From positions 95,914,001 through 95,978,000 of the forward strand of contig NC_042999.1 of assembly GCF_006345805.1 (NCBI RefSeq): a DNA stretch of 64,000 nt. The letters are read 5' to 3'. The notes beneath the pieces were generated by a model, which ran no database searches, was not told the DNA's origin, and saw nothing but the letters and a program-made list of their open reading frames with translations. Positions within the stretch are counted from its first letter, which is position 1. Every line of letters starts with the position of its first letter. This document shows positions 37,700 to 51,180 of this stretch, piece by piece. A program made the position numbers and the translations under genes. The stretch is from Octopus sinensis. Taxonomy: Eukaryota.

Positions 37700-40600
37700 A
37701 GAGAGAATAAGTAAATGTTTAGATTTGGAAAAAGACAAGTACCTAAATATCTCCTCATCAGCTGTTGCCTGCGTTCCGCTATTTCGGCTTATTAGCACCA
37801 GGATCAATCGCTTCTGCGTGTTAGTATATTTAATGAAATATTCCATCGGCGAAAGCTTTCATGGTGACAAAATAATAACATAGACAGCAAGGAGGCGTGA
37901 GATAAAGTGTTTATTGTAAAACTGGAAAGACAGGTACGAAATATACAAGAATATACGAAAAAAAATATGCACCACAAATATAAGGTATATGGTTGTGGTT
38001 ATAGGTGTATGTATATAAGCAAACCTATGTGATAAGGAATGTAATTGTTCCCACTGCTGTCCCTCACTTGCGCATTTATATTAAGATATTCGTACGAAAG
38101 ATATCCGTGATTCAAAATACACGCATCACGTGCACACACAGAGACAAATGCGTGTGCAACCACATGTGAAAAAGTCTGGTTTAGTGAAAATTAAAGAATA
38201 AAATAAGAACAATAAACATTTTCTTAATTTTGTATGAGATCGAAACGTGTTGATGAGTAAATATTTTCAATATTGGGCTGACTTGTGAAAAGAAGTTTCC
38301 ACGAATGTCTATTAATTACAATGGATGAAAGAGGTTTTTATTTATTTATTCATTTATTTATTTATCAATCTTTTTTTTTTTTTTTCATAAGAATATTATG
38401 CTGGGATATACATAACTTGAATTTTTGAGGTCTTTAAATGTCTGAATTTGTTTGTAAACGAAGTTTGCAACCACAAACTCTATCAGGTTGTGAACCCAGC
38501 TTTTCCTGCTTTCCCGGCAAGGGTGTGCTCCTTGTATTAACCATTAATTCTTTTTTCTGCTTGCTACGTGATTCAATTCCTACAGACGGGAATAGGGAAT
38601 AAATGTAAATTCGTATGCTTTTCAGCTGATTTGTTGTTATTTTTCAATTCTTAAAACTGTTATTGATGCATACTATTTCATAGAAATTCAGATTTTGGTA
38701 GAGAGAGAGAGAAAGAAAGAGTTTTGACCGGGAGAGCAAAATCTGTAACTAGATTCTTGCGCTCAATGTATTTTCACTTCCACGAGCGCGCAAATTAGTC
38801 ATTTCGGTTGTTTAAGCAATATATTTAGGTAAAGTAAGTCAGATTTACAATGCTTCCGCTGCTTGTAGCTGTGATATCTTCGACTCTTACGCGTCTTTCT
38901 TTCGACAGCACGTTTATCTACATAAAATACTTAATATTTCAAATACGAAACACAGTATAAGTAGAATGATTGTTATCGAGTTGTTATCCCATTTCCTTTT
39001 TCTTCGAAATATGTACGTTTACAGTTATTTCGTGTACGTTTATTCGAGTGAGTAGGTTGCTAAATTTTCATGTACTCACCTTTAAAAATGAAAAAAAAAA
39101 AAAATGTATGTTGCTACCATCTACTTTAAGTTAGCAGCATATCACTCTGGATAGTCGCTTGTCTTATTAGAAATAATAGTCAGATCACCGTCAAATCACA
39201 CCCTACCGTCCTAAAGAAGAACTATGGATGATGTAGTTTTGGATATGCTAAAAAGACGGGCTGGTGACTGCTAGGATGTTTTCATCATAGGCTTGTTTGA
39301 GTACGGTAAACCCCGGGGCTGAACAAAATCTCTCCCGGCCAGATACATTCCAACGAGAAAAGTTACTAATCTATAAGTTCTGATGACTTTCACCAAACAC
39401 ACACACACACACACACACAACTCGAAAGAACGATGCGTATCAGTGTAAGCGGAGAGAATGTAAATATTCTCTGAGGAAGTAAATAAATCTCACTATGAGT
39501 TGTTTGATGTGTCTGTGTGTTTGTGTGTGTTTATAAAATATTTGTTTCTCCCAACAGTTTCCTTTTCCCTTCGAAATATACGTTCATTCCCAAAATATAA
39601 CTTCCCGTTTGCTTCTTTTTCTTCCTCTTTCTGTTTATTCTTTTTAATTCCTTCTATTTTCTGTTTTTCTTTTTATTGTATCACCGCTCTTCTATCGTTC
39701 GATTTCTTGTCCCATTTTACCCCTGTTTTTCTTTCCACAAACTTCTTTCTGTTCTCTTTCTTCTCTTCTTCATTCTGTTCACAATTCTGATCATATACTT
39801 GTTCCTCTTCACTACAATCCGCGTATTAACTGACATACACTCAGTTTTGCATTTCGATGTATATACTCAGGTACAACCGCACGTGCTATCATCCTTCCTC
39901 TACGTTTCTTAAACTGGCACACGCGCACTTTATTCATTTATTTATTTCGCCGTTTTCTCGCGTTGCCTACAAATTGTGTAGTCAGTCACAACTGTATTGA
40001 CAGTTCATTCATTCCCATACATACATACATAAGTATAACACCGTACATATATGTACATACATATTTATACACACATTCTTATGGACAATTATAAACAACA
40101 AATGCTCATGTAATATCATCACTCGCATAAGTACCTAATACACGTAAAGTACTTACTACACACAATCCAACGTACGGCTTGTATATTTGCCTCTCATTCC
40201 GTCATTAACAACACGCCCACTTTCATTCTCTTCAACCAAACACACATGCTTCCTTTATTTTCGATTTGGATCTGTAGTCTTCACATATTGACTTTCTTCA
40301 TCTTCCTTTTCCCGTTCGCTCACTTCTAACCTTACTCTCTCTTCCCTTCTTCCTATCCACTTTACTCACCTAGTATTTTCCATGCTGTTTAGACACAGCT
40401 TTTTGTCTTTCGTAACCGGCAACTACCTAGGAGAGATACTTACCTTTACAACCATGTAAGTAGATACAACTGTCTGGTTTCGTATTATTCACCCAACCCA
40501 CTCTTTACTACTAAACTAGTTCTATAAAATAACATAAGAGATTTCGTTACGTCAGTTTACCGTATCAAACTACAATCCTACAGATATTGTCACTTCCTTG

Positions 40601-40700
40601 GACATCATCTCTTTTGTTTATTTGAATTTATCAAACGCAGGATTCACTTGTTGAAGAAAGGGTTAATTCCAAGTTCCTCCACAGATACATTTTGTTCGAC
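37700..40700. promoter_or_regulatory. CpG-retaining (island-like) unique sequence; probable promoter/first-exon region
   Basis: About 17 CpG counted by eye in 38761-39060, versus none in 1-900. Donor-like sites on + (cag|gtacga 37934, aaa|gtaagt 38834) and on - (aaag|gtgagt ~39079, aaag|gtaagt ~40443). Confidence 0.6.
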
Positions 40701-41969
40701 AAATATTTCTGGTTGAGTTGTAACTATATTTGCAACAAACCTGTTATATCATGTTTACTTTGCATTTTATTTACCACATTCTTCATTAGACTTCTTTTCC
40801 TATGTGAAGATGTTTTAATTGTTTAGTTGGAAGGTAGATTATTCTACCTTAGTTTAACAAATTCTTTGTATATGATTAAAAGGAAATACAAGTTGCAGGA
40901 GATCTTTAAATGTTTCTGCCTTCTAAGCTGGTGATGGCTACTCTTACTGTTAATGACAGATGTGTACCGGAAAACAGGAGTAATATGAACATGTCATGGT
41001 AGTTGATGTGATTGAGGGGAGATGTGACAAGTGAGTGAGCTATGACGATGTAAGGGAAGAGATATATGGATGGCGAAATGAGATAATAACACACATGCAC
41101 GCGCACATGCATATGAGAAAGAAAGAAATGACAACATAATTGTGCCATGTCAAAAGGAGTTTAGTTCTCGGAAATCCTTTTGTGCTTTACTTTCACTGCC
41201 TTTTATTAATTTATATATATATACACAAACATTGATGGATACAGGCACATGTATTTCAGGGATGAGTATTACAGATTTATTTGTAAATAAATTACAGACT
41301 TGCCTGCATATGTACCCACAAACATACATTGCAAATTAAGATTATTTTGAAAATTATACTAATTGTGTGTGTGGGGGAGGGTGAGTAATATTAAAGCAGT
41401 CTTCTTTTCCAATGATATTTTCATTATAACCATCAGTGTTTGCTCATATTCTCTCCTCTCTTTCTTTCTATCTCATACACACATGTATGTATATACACTT
41501 AGAGAGAGAAAGTGAGAGAGAGAGAAAGATACATAAATACTTGGTTCCCACAACAGTTTTTACCCTGAGCTTATGCAGTAGTTCTGCAATGTTTGATAGA
41601 TGCAGTGTGTTTCAGAATCTGACCGATCAGTTTATTGGTTCACCTTTCCTCATGTAAAATTGATTATTTCACTTCTGAATGTGTACATGGTAGTTGAAGA
41701 CTGTTTAGTATAACATGATGTTTTTTAAAGCTTAACACTCAGATTAGGTACTTGACGCTTGCCTTAGTAGTGACATTTATTGTAGTTACATGTATTTCTA
41801 TCTTGCATATATTCAAAGGAGGGACAGTGCAATTTTCTTTTTTTCTACATTTTTCTTTAAAAAGTATATAGGAAAAGAGAAGCTTATATTGAATTTTTAC
41901 ATATACTATTCCTGAATATTGTGTTTCGTTACTTGAAGAAGTTGAACTTTTTTCTCTGTTGACTAAACA

Positions 41970-42460
41970 GCAGAGTGCAGCCAGAAAGACAGAGAAATAC
42001 TTGATGCATAAAGATCACTCAATATAATATAGAGAGACTGCACTCTCAACATAAGTATTAAACTGAAACTTCCTAAAGTCCTAGTCTGGCCATTAGCACT
42101 GTATGAATGTAAAGCATGGGCCCTCAGAGTGACTAACACTAGAATGAATAAGCATATTTGCAATGACGTGCTGTAAGCAAATACTATGGATCAGTTGGAT
42201 GGTTCGTTGAATGAATGATTTAATCTTAGAGAAAATGGGAATGCAGGGACAGTTGGTATCATAGTCAAGTGTCAAAAATTGCAATATTTTGGTCACATAA
42301 TCAAGCCCATAACTTCTGTGCCTTAGGAGATGGGTGGATGAAAACTGGACTTGTAAGAAACTCAAATGAAAAGAGAGCAATGGTATGTACAGCTTCAATG
42401 TGATGAAGAGTGGTGGTCCATATCTAAGGCCCCTAAACCTCGGCCATGAGAAGAGGAATA
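41970..42460 (+). mobile_element. Decayed RTE-type LINE C-terminal relic
   Basis: SIKLKLPKVLVWPLALYECKAW..KQILWISW..QKLQYFGHII, resembling the RTE thumb/C-terminal LRYFGHI motif. Confidence 0.75.
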
Positions 42461-43146
42461 TTCTATACTATATGATGCATATTTCACAGCTTCATTCCCT
42501 TTTTAATTTTTTTTTATTTTTTATATATCATTATCTTTGATATTCTTATGCTATATTTCATATGCTTACTGTTGATTCTTTCCTATTTTTGTTTTTTCCT
42601 GTTAATATTGCTTCTGTATCATCTTCAGATGTTGTGATTAGATTATTCTTCTTGCTATGGTTGTATCAAGTGATAGGTTTCATATTTCACCTAAATTACA
42701 GACCCACCTCATTGTAACCAGCAATCGATAACCTGATTGTTGTTATATTCATTCAAATTATGTAAGATTCTGTCTCCTTGTGTAACACACCATATGCAGA
42801 AACATACTGTATGTGTGTGTTAAATCAACACTTTTTTCAAGGTTCTTATTCAAATCTGAAAACAGATGTCTTAAGATGTTACCTATCTACCACCTGCAAA
42901 AATAAAAAAAAACAAAACAAAGACCCAGCAAAGTTACAACTGAAAGGCTGGCACAAATAAAAAAAGTATTCAAATAATAAATTTCCAAGTTTTCCCTTTT
43001 GAAAAAATTTAAGTGCATTTCACTGTCATTTTCCTGATGCAACATGCACACATACATATAACGCATTACAACCGTTGCTCCCTCTCTCTTTCCCTCACAT
43101 TCTCTCCCTCCCTCCCTCTCTGTCTTTCTGTGTGCCTGTCTCTCAT

Positions 43147-43193
<47 letters not shown>

Positions 43194-43207
43194 TGTCCCT
43201 TTTACAG

Positions 43208-43241
43208 CTAAAGAATTCTACTCTCACAACTGGCTGATTTT
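43208..43241 (+). other. Candidate 34-nt exon (xAKEFYSHNWLIx)
   Basis: (CT)n polypyrimidine tract plus cccttttacag| acceptor; TTT|gttagt donor; one open frame. Protein not recognised. Confidence 0.3.
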
Positions 43242-43381
43242 GTTAGTCAGTTCTAAATTCAGTTGATGTACCAATTTCTTTTCTTCAGTAACTTATAAAC
43301 ATAGTACTAAATACTGCTGTGTTGCCAAATTTTCCACAGAAATGCTTCCATGTGAAACAGACTCTTCATATAGACACAAAA

Positions 43382-43416
<35 letters not shown>

Positions 43417-43646
43417 TGTGTATATATATAAATACAAATGTATGTATATATGAGTGTGTATATATATAAATACAAATGTATGTATAAATGTGTGTATATA
43501 TATATAAATATCTGTGTATATATATATATATCAATATCTATATATGTATGTGTTTGTATATATATCAATATCTATGTATGTATGTGTTTGTATATATATC
43601 AGTATCTATGTATGTGTATGTATATATATCAATATCTATGTATGTG

Positions 43647-43692
<46 letters not shown>

Positions 43693-43845
43693 CACATATA
43701 CATATATACATACACATATACATATATATATGTAAATATCTATGTATGTGTGTATGTGTACATATATATATAGATATATACATAGATATATAGATATATA
43801 CATAGATATTTACATATATATGTATATGTGTATGTGTATATATAC

Positions 43846-44275
43846 ACATGAACACTACATTATCTGTATGATGTGGAAAATATTCCATCAGTACTGTCCG
43901 AATGATGTTGGCATCACCTTCAAAATACATCCAAGGCTTGGACCACGTGCCATCCGTCCACAACAAAAATCTAAATCGCATCACATAACGACAATACGGC
44001 ACAACTATTTCACCTCAATTGGACCCGCTCTCTTCAACATTACACCAGGACACGTCAAAAAAGAAACTGACCACACAAAATTCAAGAAGTCTTTGGACAA
44101 ATTCCTTCAAACAGTACCGGACAAACCACCCACACCTGGATATGTCTCCGCAAACAATAACTCTTTGCTCGAATGGGCCTTGGTGCCCAAATCCTGAACT
44201 GAAAGACTTCCCCAGGTGGTGCTATTAAGTTAGACATGGCCTGGGCCAATACTGGCCAAAACCTTTCTAAGTTAT
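43846..44275 (+). mobile_element. 3' end of a CR1/Jockey-group LINE
   Basis: ..[55 protein letters not shown], typical post-RT C-terminus, followed by a short 3' UTR. Confidence 0.8.
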
Positions 44276-44278
44276 ATA

Positions 44279-44313
<35 letters not shown>

Positions 44314-44338
44314 ATACACATATATATATAACTTAGAA

Positions 44339-44790
44339 TAACTTAGAAAGGTTTTGGCCAGTATTGGCCCAGGCCATGTCTAACTTAATAGGACACGTCA
44401 AAAAAGAAACTGACCACACAAAATTCAAGAAGTCTTTGGACAAATTCCTTCAAACAGTACCGGACAAACCACCAGTACTGTTTGAAGGAATTTGTCCAAA
44501 GACTTCTTGAATTTTGTGTGGTCAGTTTCTTTTTTGACGTGTCCTGGTGTAATGTTGAAGAGAGCGGGTCCAATTGAGGTGAAATAGTTGTGCCGTATTG
44601 TCGTTATGTGATGCGATTTAGATTTTTGTTGTGGACGGATGGCACGTGGTCCGAGCCTTGGATGTATTTTGAAGGTGATGCCAACATCATTCGGACAGTA
44701 CTGATGGAATATTTTCCACATCATACAGATAATGTAGCGTTCATGTGTATATATACACATACACATATACATATATATGTAAATATCTAT
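44339..44790 (-). repeat. Rearranged and inverted duplicate of the 43846-44275 LINE end and its flank
   Basis: 44339-44391 inverts 44222-44274; 44391-44473 is a direct copy of 44048-44130; 44475-~44790 inverts ~43790-44116. Confidence 0.95.
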
Positions 44791-44812
44791 GTATGTGTAC
44801 ATATATATATGT

Positions 44813-44844
<32 letters not shown>

Positions 44845-44876
44845 CACACACATATATATATAAACATCTATGTATG

Positions 44877-44930
<54 letters not shown>

Positions 44931-45046
44931 GACATATATATATAAACATCTATGTATGTATGTGTATATATATATAAACATCTATGTATGTATATATATA
45001 TATATAAACATCTATGTATATATATATATATATATAAATATCTATG

Positions 45047-45086
<40 letters not shown>

Positions 45087-45367
45087 CATATATGTATGAT
45101 TAATACACACATACATCATCATTGTTTTGCATCCACTTTACTTTGCTTGTATGGATCATATGACATTCCTGTTACCAATCCTTACATATTTCCAAGTTAT
45201 GACACCTTGTCCAGACACACTTCTGGGCTGACACTCATTTACAGCTATTCTATGATGTCAGCACAAAGAGACATATCAAAATATGAAAAATTAATGGAAT
45301 TTTCCCATTATATGTGGTACAAGCAGTTTAAGTTGTCTACTAGAAGGAATATAATATACATATAATA

Positions 45368-45625
45368 CACAGTTCCCAGATCTCAATATTATTGAACATT
45401 TATGGTGCATTTTAGAAAAACAAGTAGGGAGTCGATATCCTCCACCATCATCACTACAAGAACTGGAGACTGTTTTAGCTGATGAATGGACCAAAATTCC
45501 TTTGGAAACAATTCAAACTTTGTACGAGTCCACACCTTGTAGAATTCAAGTTGTAATTACTGCCAAAGGCAGTCCTACCCCATATTAAAATAAATTTGTT
45601 TGAAATTTAAAGGTGTTTTCATTAT
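45368..45625 (+). mobile_element. 3' fragment of the same DD36E Tc1 family as 28627
   Basis: QFPDLNIIEHLWCILEKQVGSRYPPPSSLQELETVLADEWTKIPLETIQTLYESTPCRIQVVITAKGSPTPY*, then a partial TIR ggtgttttcattat. Confidence 0.92.
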
Positions 45626-45689
45626 ATGTGTATGTGTGTATATATAGGTATATATATATGTATATATAGATAACATTATATGTAATGAT

Positions 45690-46290
45690 GCCAGTGGTAC
45701 CTGCCCTAGTTATAGAAACATAGACTGGAATAGGATACAAAGAAATTGTGACAAAGCAAACATGGCAAGCACATGGTATAAAACTGACAAATATTAAGGA
45801 GTGATGTTTGTAGATGCCAGCCCTTGGATTTAGAAAAGCTCTAAAGGAAACCAAACTCAACATTAAGATTGTTAAAAAGCCAGGGACCTCCAACAGATCA
45901 CAACTATGTAGGATGTACCCCTTTAAGAATACCATTTGCACCAATGATAACTGCATGGTATGTAGGATTAGCCCTGGCATTAACTGTAGAACTAGCAATG
46001 TAGTTTACAGCATAAGATGCATTGAAGGTGCTTGTAAAGACATGAAAATGACATACATAGGGTAGACATCTAGGAGCATTGCAGAACGACTATATGAACA
46101 GTTGAGACAATATGATGACAAAAAACAGTCCTCCATACTCTACCAATATGCCAAGGATCAACATGGAGGTAACCTGGGTCAACTTGTTATCCACATCATA
46201 CCCAAGCACCCAAAGGACCCAACACACAGACAAATATAGGAGTATGTCCTCATAAATGAAACTTCCCTAATACTAATTAAGAAGTATATA
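45690..46290 (+). mobile_element. Second Penelope-like relic: GIY-YIG endonuclease region
   Basis: CTNDNCMVC..NCRTSNVVYSIRC..C..TYIG*TSRSIAERLYEQ..SSILYQY..H, plus upstream STWYK..VMFVDA. Confidence 0.82.
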
Positions 46291-47203
46291 TAGTAGATAT
46301 CATACCCCCATACTCACAGTTTACACAGGTACAGCAGAATAGTTAGTGGGCTGTTATGTAGATAGATGTATGTGTGTGTGAGGGTGTATGTATATATATG
46401 TATATGCTCATGTATGTAAGCATATAGATATGAAAGTAAACAGATTAGCATACAGATGGATAGGTATATAGGTTATATGAACAGACAAGCACACATACAC
46501 AAATGAAGACTGAAACACACAACCATGTATACACACACACTTTACTTCACACAGACACATATGGAGACACACTTCCACACATATGGAGATACACATCCAT
46601 ACAAACAAACACGGTACATAGTTGCAAAACACACACACACACTCAGACATGCACACAAAAGGAGACAGAGGTACACACACAAAAAAAATGCACAAACACA
46701 GACACGCAAACACATCTGCAGAATACATACAAATGCACACACATACATATGTATGTATATATATATGCACACACATATACATGCATACATACATGCATGT
46801 GTATGCACACACACTAACCCACTCACAAACAAACAGAACACAATGTGAATAACAAAGTCAAAACTATTAAAAAAGTTGCAAGACGCAACGAAAATTTTAG
46901 AAAAGTATAAAAAAAATAAGGGGAACTTTTACCAGACAGTGTGTTAAATTATAAGGCACTAAATGAGAATGATTCTCCCCAGGCACAACAGAATATGCTT
47001 CAACACACGAACTCACATAAAGAATCTAACAAACCAAATTCAAAAACAAAATATATATGTATATTTTATAGAATATATTCTACACAATGCTTCATAGTAA
47101 TTATTCCATTATATATATATATATATGCATACATCATCATCATCGTTTAACGTCTGCCTTCCATGGGTTGGACGATTTTGAATGATGTGCATGTATATAT
47201 AGA

Positions 47204-47240
<37 letters not shown>

Positions 47241-47406
47241 TATATATATTGTATAAAAGAAGGGAGGGCATTAAGCTGTAGAAACACTGCCAGATCAGAC
47301 TGGAGCCTGGTGCAGCTTCGTGGCTTCCCAGACCCCGGATGTTAAATGATGATGATGATGTATGTATATATATATATACATATACATGCATGTATATATA
47401 TATATA

Positions 47407-47444
<38 letters not shown>

Positions 47445-47479
47445 ATGCATATATATATATATGTGTATACATCTCTTTT

Positions 47480-47825
47480 ACTTGTTTCTGGCATTTGACT
47501 GTGGCCATGCTGGGGCACCGCGTTTTGTCAGGGACTTACTCTATGTAAGTTTAGTACTTATCCAATCGGGTTCTTTTGCCGAACCACTAAGTTATGGGGA
47601 TGTAAATACACCACCATCGGTTGTCAAGCAATGTTGGGGGACAACCACAAACACACAAGAACAAGCATATACACACACACATATATATACATATATACAA
47701 CTGGCTTCTTTCAGTTTCCGTCTACCATATCCACTTACAAGGCTTTGGTAGACCTAAGGCTATAGTAGTAGACGCTTGCCCAAGGTGCCACGCAGTGGGA
47801 CTGAACCTGGAACCATGTGGTTCGT
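47480..47825 (-). mobile_element. SINE with CR1-type tail
   Basis: Head/core tttcagtttccgtctacc..cccaaggtgccacgcagtgggactgaacc; tail gactgtggccatgctggggcacc. Confidence 0.88.
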
Positions 47826-48179
47826 AATACACACACACACACACACACATATATACATTTATATGTATGTATGTATGTATGTATATACATATATATATGT
47901 GTGTGTATACATGTATATATATATGTATATATATATATACATATATATATATAAGTATATATATATAAATAGGTATATATATATGTATTTATATATATAT
48001 ATAGGTATATATATATGTATTTATATATATATAGGTATATATATATGTATTTATATATATAGGTATATATATATGTATTTATATATATATATAGGTATAT
48101 ATATATGTATTTATATATATATATATATGTATATATATATGTATATATAGGTATATATATATATGTATATATATATAGG

Positions 48180-48530
48180 TAAGGGGGTAAGGGTAAAGAC
48201 CCCCTTCGGTCATGAATGACCATGGGATTGCACCTAGAAAGTTACCCTCCTAGACACAAGTCCGAGCAAGGTTGTTTTTTTATGGAAGGCCAGCAGTCGC
48301 CCATGCACACCAGCCTCCCCTCTCCACGCCACCAGTGTTATCCAAGGGAAAGACAAAGGTCGATACAGCTTGGCACCAGTGACGTCACAACTCATTTCTA
48401 CAGCTGAGTGAACTGGAGCAACGTGAAATAAAGTGCCTTGCTCAAGAACACAACACGCAGCCCGGTCCGGGATTCGAGCTCACAACCTCACGATCGTAAG
48501 CTTGACGCTCTAACCACTGAGCCATGCACC
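48180..48530 (-). mobile_element. Well-preserved tRNA-headed SINE inserted in a (TATAGG)-variant microsatellite
   Basis: Minus strand ggtgcatggctcagtggttagagc..gagctcgaatcccgg..ttgagcaaggcactt; different body from 36939; tail (ttaccc)n. Confidence 0.88.
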
Positions 48531-48548
48531 TATATATATATATATAGG

Positions 48549-48628
<80 letters not shown>

Positions 48629-48857
48629 GGTATATATAATATATAGGTATATATATATATAGGTATATATATATATATAGGTATATATATATATTAGGTA
48701 TATATATATATAGGTATATATATATAGGTATAATATATATATATATAGGTATATATATATATAGGTATATATTATATATATATATAGGTATATATATATA
48801 TATAGGTATATATATATATATATATAGGTATATATATATATATATATAGGTATATAT

Positions 48858-50711
48858 ATCATCATCATCATCATTTAGCGTCCGTTTTCCATGCTAGCAT
48901 GTGTTGGACGGTTCAACTGGGGTCTGTGAAGCTGGAAGGCTTCATCAGGCCCAGTCAGATCTGGCAGTGTTTCTACGGCTGGATGCCCTTCCTAACGCCA
49001 AACACTCCGTGTGTGTAGTGGGTGCTTTTTACGTGCCACCCGCACAGGTGCCAGACAGAGCTGGCAAACGGGTACGAACGGATGGTGCTTTTACGTGTCA
49101 CCGGCACGGGGGCCAGGCGAGGCTGGCAACGGACACGAACGGATGGTGCTTTTATGTGCCACCGACACGGGGGCCAGACAGAGCTGGCAAACAGCCACGA
49201 ACGGATGGTGCTTTTACGTGTCACCGGCTCGGGGGCCAGGCGAGGCTGGCAACGAACACGAACGGATGGTGCTTTTACGTGCCACCGACACGGGGGCCAG
49301 ACAGAGCTGGCAAACGGCCACGAACGGATGGTGCTTTTACATGTCACCTGCACGGGGTCCAGGCGAGGCTGGCAATGGACACGAACGGATGGTGCTTTTA
49401 TGTGCCACCGACACGGAGGCTAGACGCGGCGGTGCCGGCAACGACCACGATCGGATGGTTCGCTTAACCACAGCTGCAATTCCCACTGATGTTGATCGAC
49501 CTCAATTTGATTCTGCTTTCTGATATATGAATTGATTTGGTTTGATTTTGATTTTGACTGTTCTCACTGGTCTTGCCGGGTTTTCTCACGCACAGCATAC
49601 TTCCAAAGGTCTCGGTCTCTGGTCATTTCCTTGGTGAGACCTAAAGTTCGAAGGTCGTGCTTCACCACCTCGACCCAGGTTTTCCTGGGTCTACCTCTTC
49701 CACAGGTCCCCTCAACTGCCAGGGTGTGGCACTTTCGCACACAACTATCTTCAGCCATTCTCATCACATGACCATACCAGCGCAAACGTCTCTCTTGCAC
49801 ACAACAACTGATGCTTCTTAGGTTCAACTTTTCTCTCAAGGTACTTACACTCTGTCGATTATGAACACTGACGTTACGCATCCATCGGAGCATACTAGCT
49901 TCAATTCATGCGAGCTTACGCAAATCAGCAGTCACAGCCCAAGTTTCACTACCATGTAGCATGGCTGTACGTACACATGCATCATACAGTCTGCCTTTTA
50001 CTTTGAGCGAGAGGCCTTTTGTCACCAGCAGGGGTAAGAGCTCTCTAAACTTTGCCCAGGCTATTCTTACTCTAGCAGTTACACTTTCAGCACACCCGCC
50101 CTCGCTACTGACTTGGTCACCTAGGTAGCGGAAGCTATCAACTACTTCTAGTTTTTCTCCCTGGAACGTGGTAGAAGTTGGTCTCTGCATATTTTCAGAG
50201 TTTATTGCTCCTGAGCATCTGCCACAGATAAAAACTATTTTCCTAGTTAGTCTTCCTTTGACATTACTAATCTCTTATGTGTCCATAGCTTATTAGGACT
50301 TTGGTTTTGGCTAGGTTGATTCTAAGGCCCTTCGATTCTAAACCTTGCTTCCATACCTGAAACTTCTCCCCTAGTTCTGATAGAGACTCAGCAATTAGAG
50401 CAAGGTCATCAGCATAGAGGAGCTCCCAGGGGCATCCTGTCTTGAATTCCTACGTTATTGCCTGGAGGACTATGATAAATAGGAGGGGACTGAGGACTGA
50501 ACCTTGGTGGACCCCAACCTCTACCCTGAATTCTTCACTGTACTCGATGCCAACCCTCACCTTACTAGCAGTGTCTCTGTACATGGCTTGTACAGCTCTC
50601 ACTAACCATTCATCTATCCCTAGTTTCCTCATTGACCGCCAGATAAGGGATTGGGGGACCCTGTCGAAGGCTTTCTCCATATCAACAAAAGCCAGGTATG
50701 GGGCTTGTCTA
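48858..50711 (-). mobile_element. 5'-truncated RTE-clade LINE (RT, C-terminus, 3' UTR with VNTR, (GAT)n tail)
   Basis: YLAFVDMEKAFDRVP..GVHQGSVLSPLLF..ELLYADD..FRYLGD..KGRLYDACVRTAMLHGSETW..RLRWYGHV..GRGRPRKTW. Stops and frameshifts present. Confidence 0.96.
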
Positions 50712-50837
50712 TACCTATATACATATATATATATATATATATATGTGTGTATATTTATGTATATATATATGTGTGTATATTTATATATTATGTATATGTA
50801 TATAGGTATATATATTATGTATATAGGTATATATATA

Positions 50838-51180
50838 TTTAGATTAAAGATTCCAACATCACCATCAAAATACAGGACCGGATATTGCAACAGCTTGGAT
50901 TTCAGAGAACCACAGCTCTTTAACATCCTCCCTAAATGCCTGAGAGACTTGCATGGTGTGAATGTGGGTTTCTTTAAAACTAAACTGGATCTCTTCTTGT
51001 CGGGGGTCCTAGATGAACCTACCTCACAACAGGAGACAGAGATGCAGGCAGCTGCATCGAACTCCCTTGTTGACCAAGTGCCATGTATCAAAGGTGGATT
51101 CACATACTAGTGTAGCTCATTCAGCGGTGGTGCCCCAGCATGGCCGCAGCCTTCGGGCTAAAACATTTTTAAGGATTTAT
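50838..51180 (+). mobile_element. 3' end of a CR1/Jockey-group LINE
   Basis: YRTGYCNSLDFREPQLFNILPKCLRDLHGV..FKTKLDLFLSGVLDEP..AAASNSLVDQ*; tail ggtggtgccccagcatggccgcag. Confidence 0.82.

Noticed and set aside
37580-37846. 88-aa minus-strand ORF MEYFIKY.. as a first coding exon
   Set aside because: No recognisable domain. The + strand non-coding first-exon reading (donor at 37934) is equally plausible.
48901-49523. Overlapping 126-188-aa repetitive ORFs (also 32683-33139), and the repeats as a CRISPR-like array
   Set aside because: Antisense readings of the GC-rich ~61-bp RTE 3' UTR VNTR. Units are contiguous without unique spacers, there are no cas genes, and the context is eukaryotic.
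50442-51110. 222-aa and 217-aa ORFs as a fusion gene
   Set aside because: Chimeric read-through of RTE, microsatellite and CR1-type fragments.
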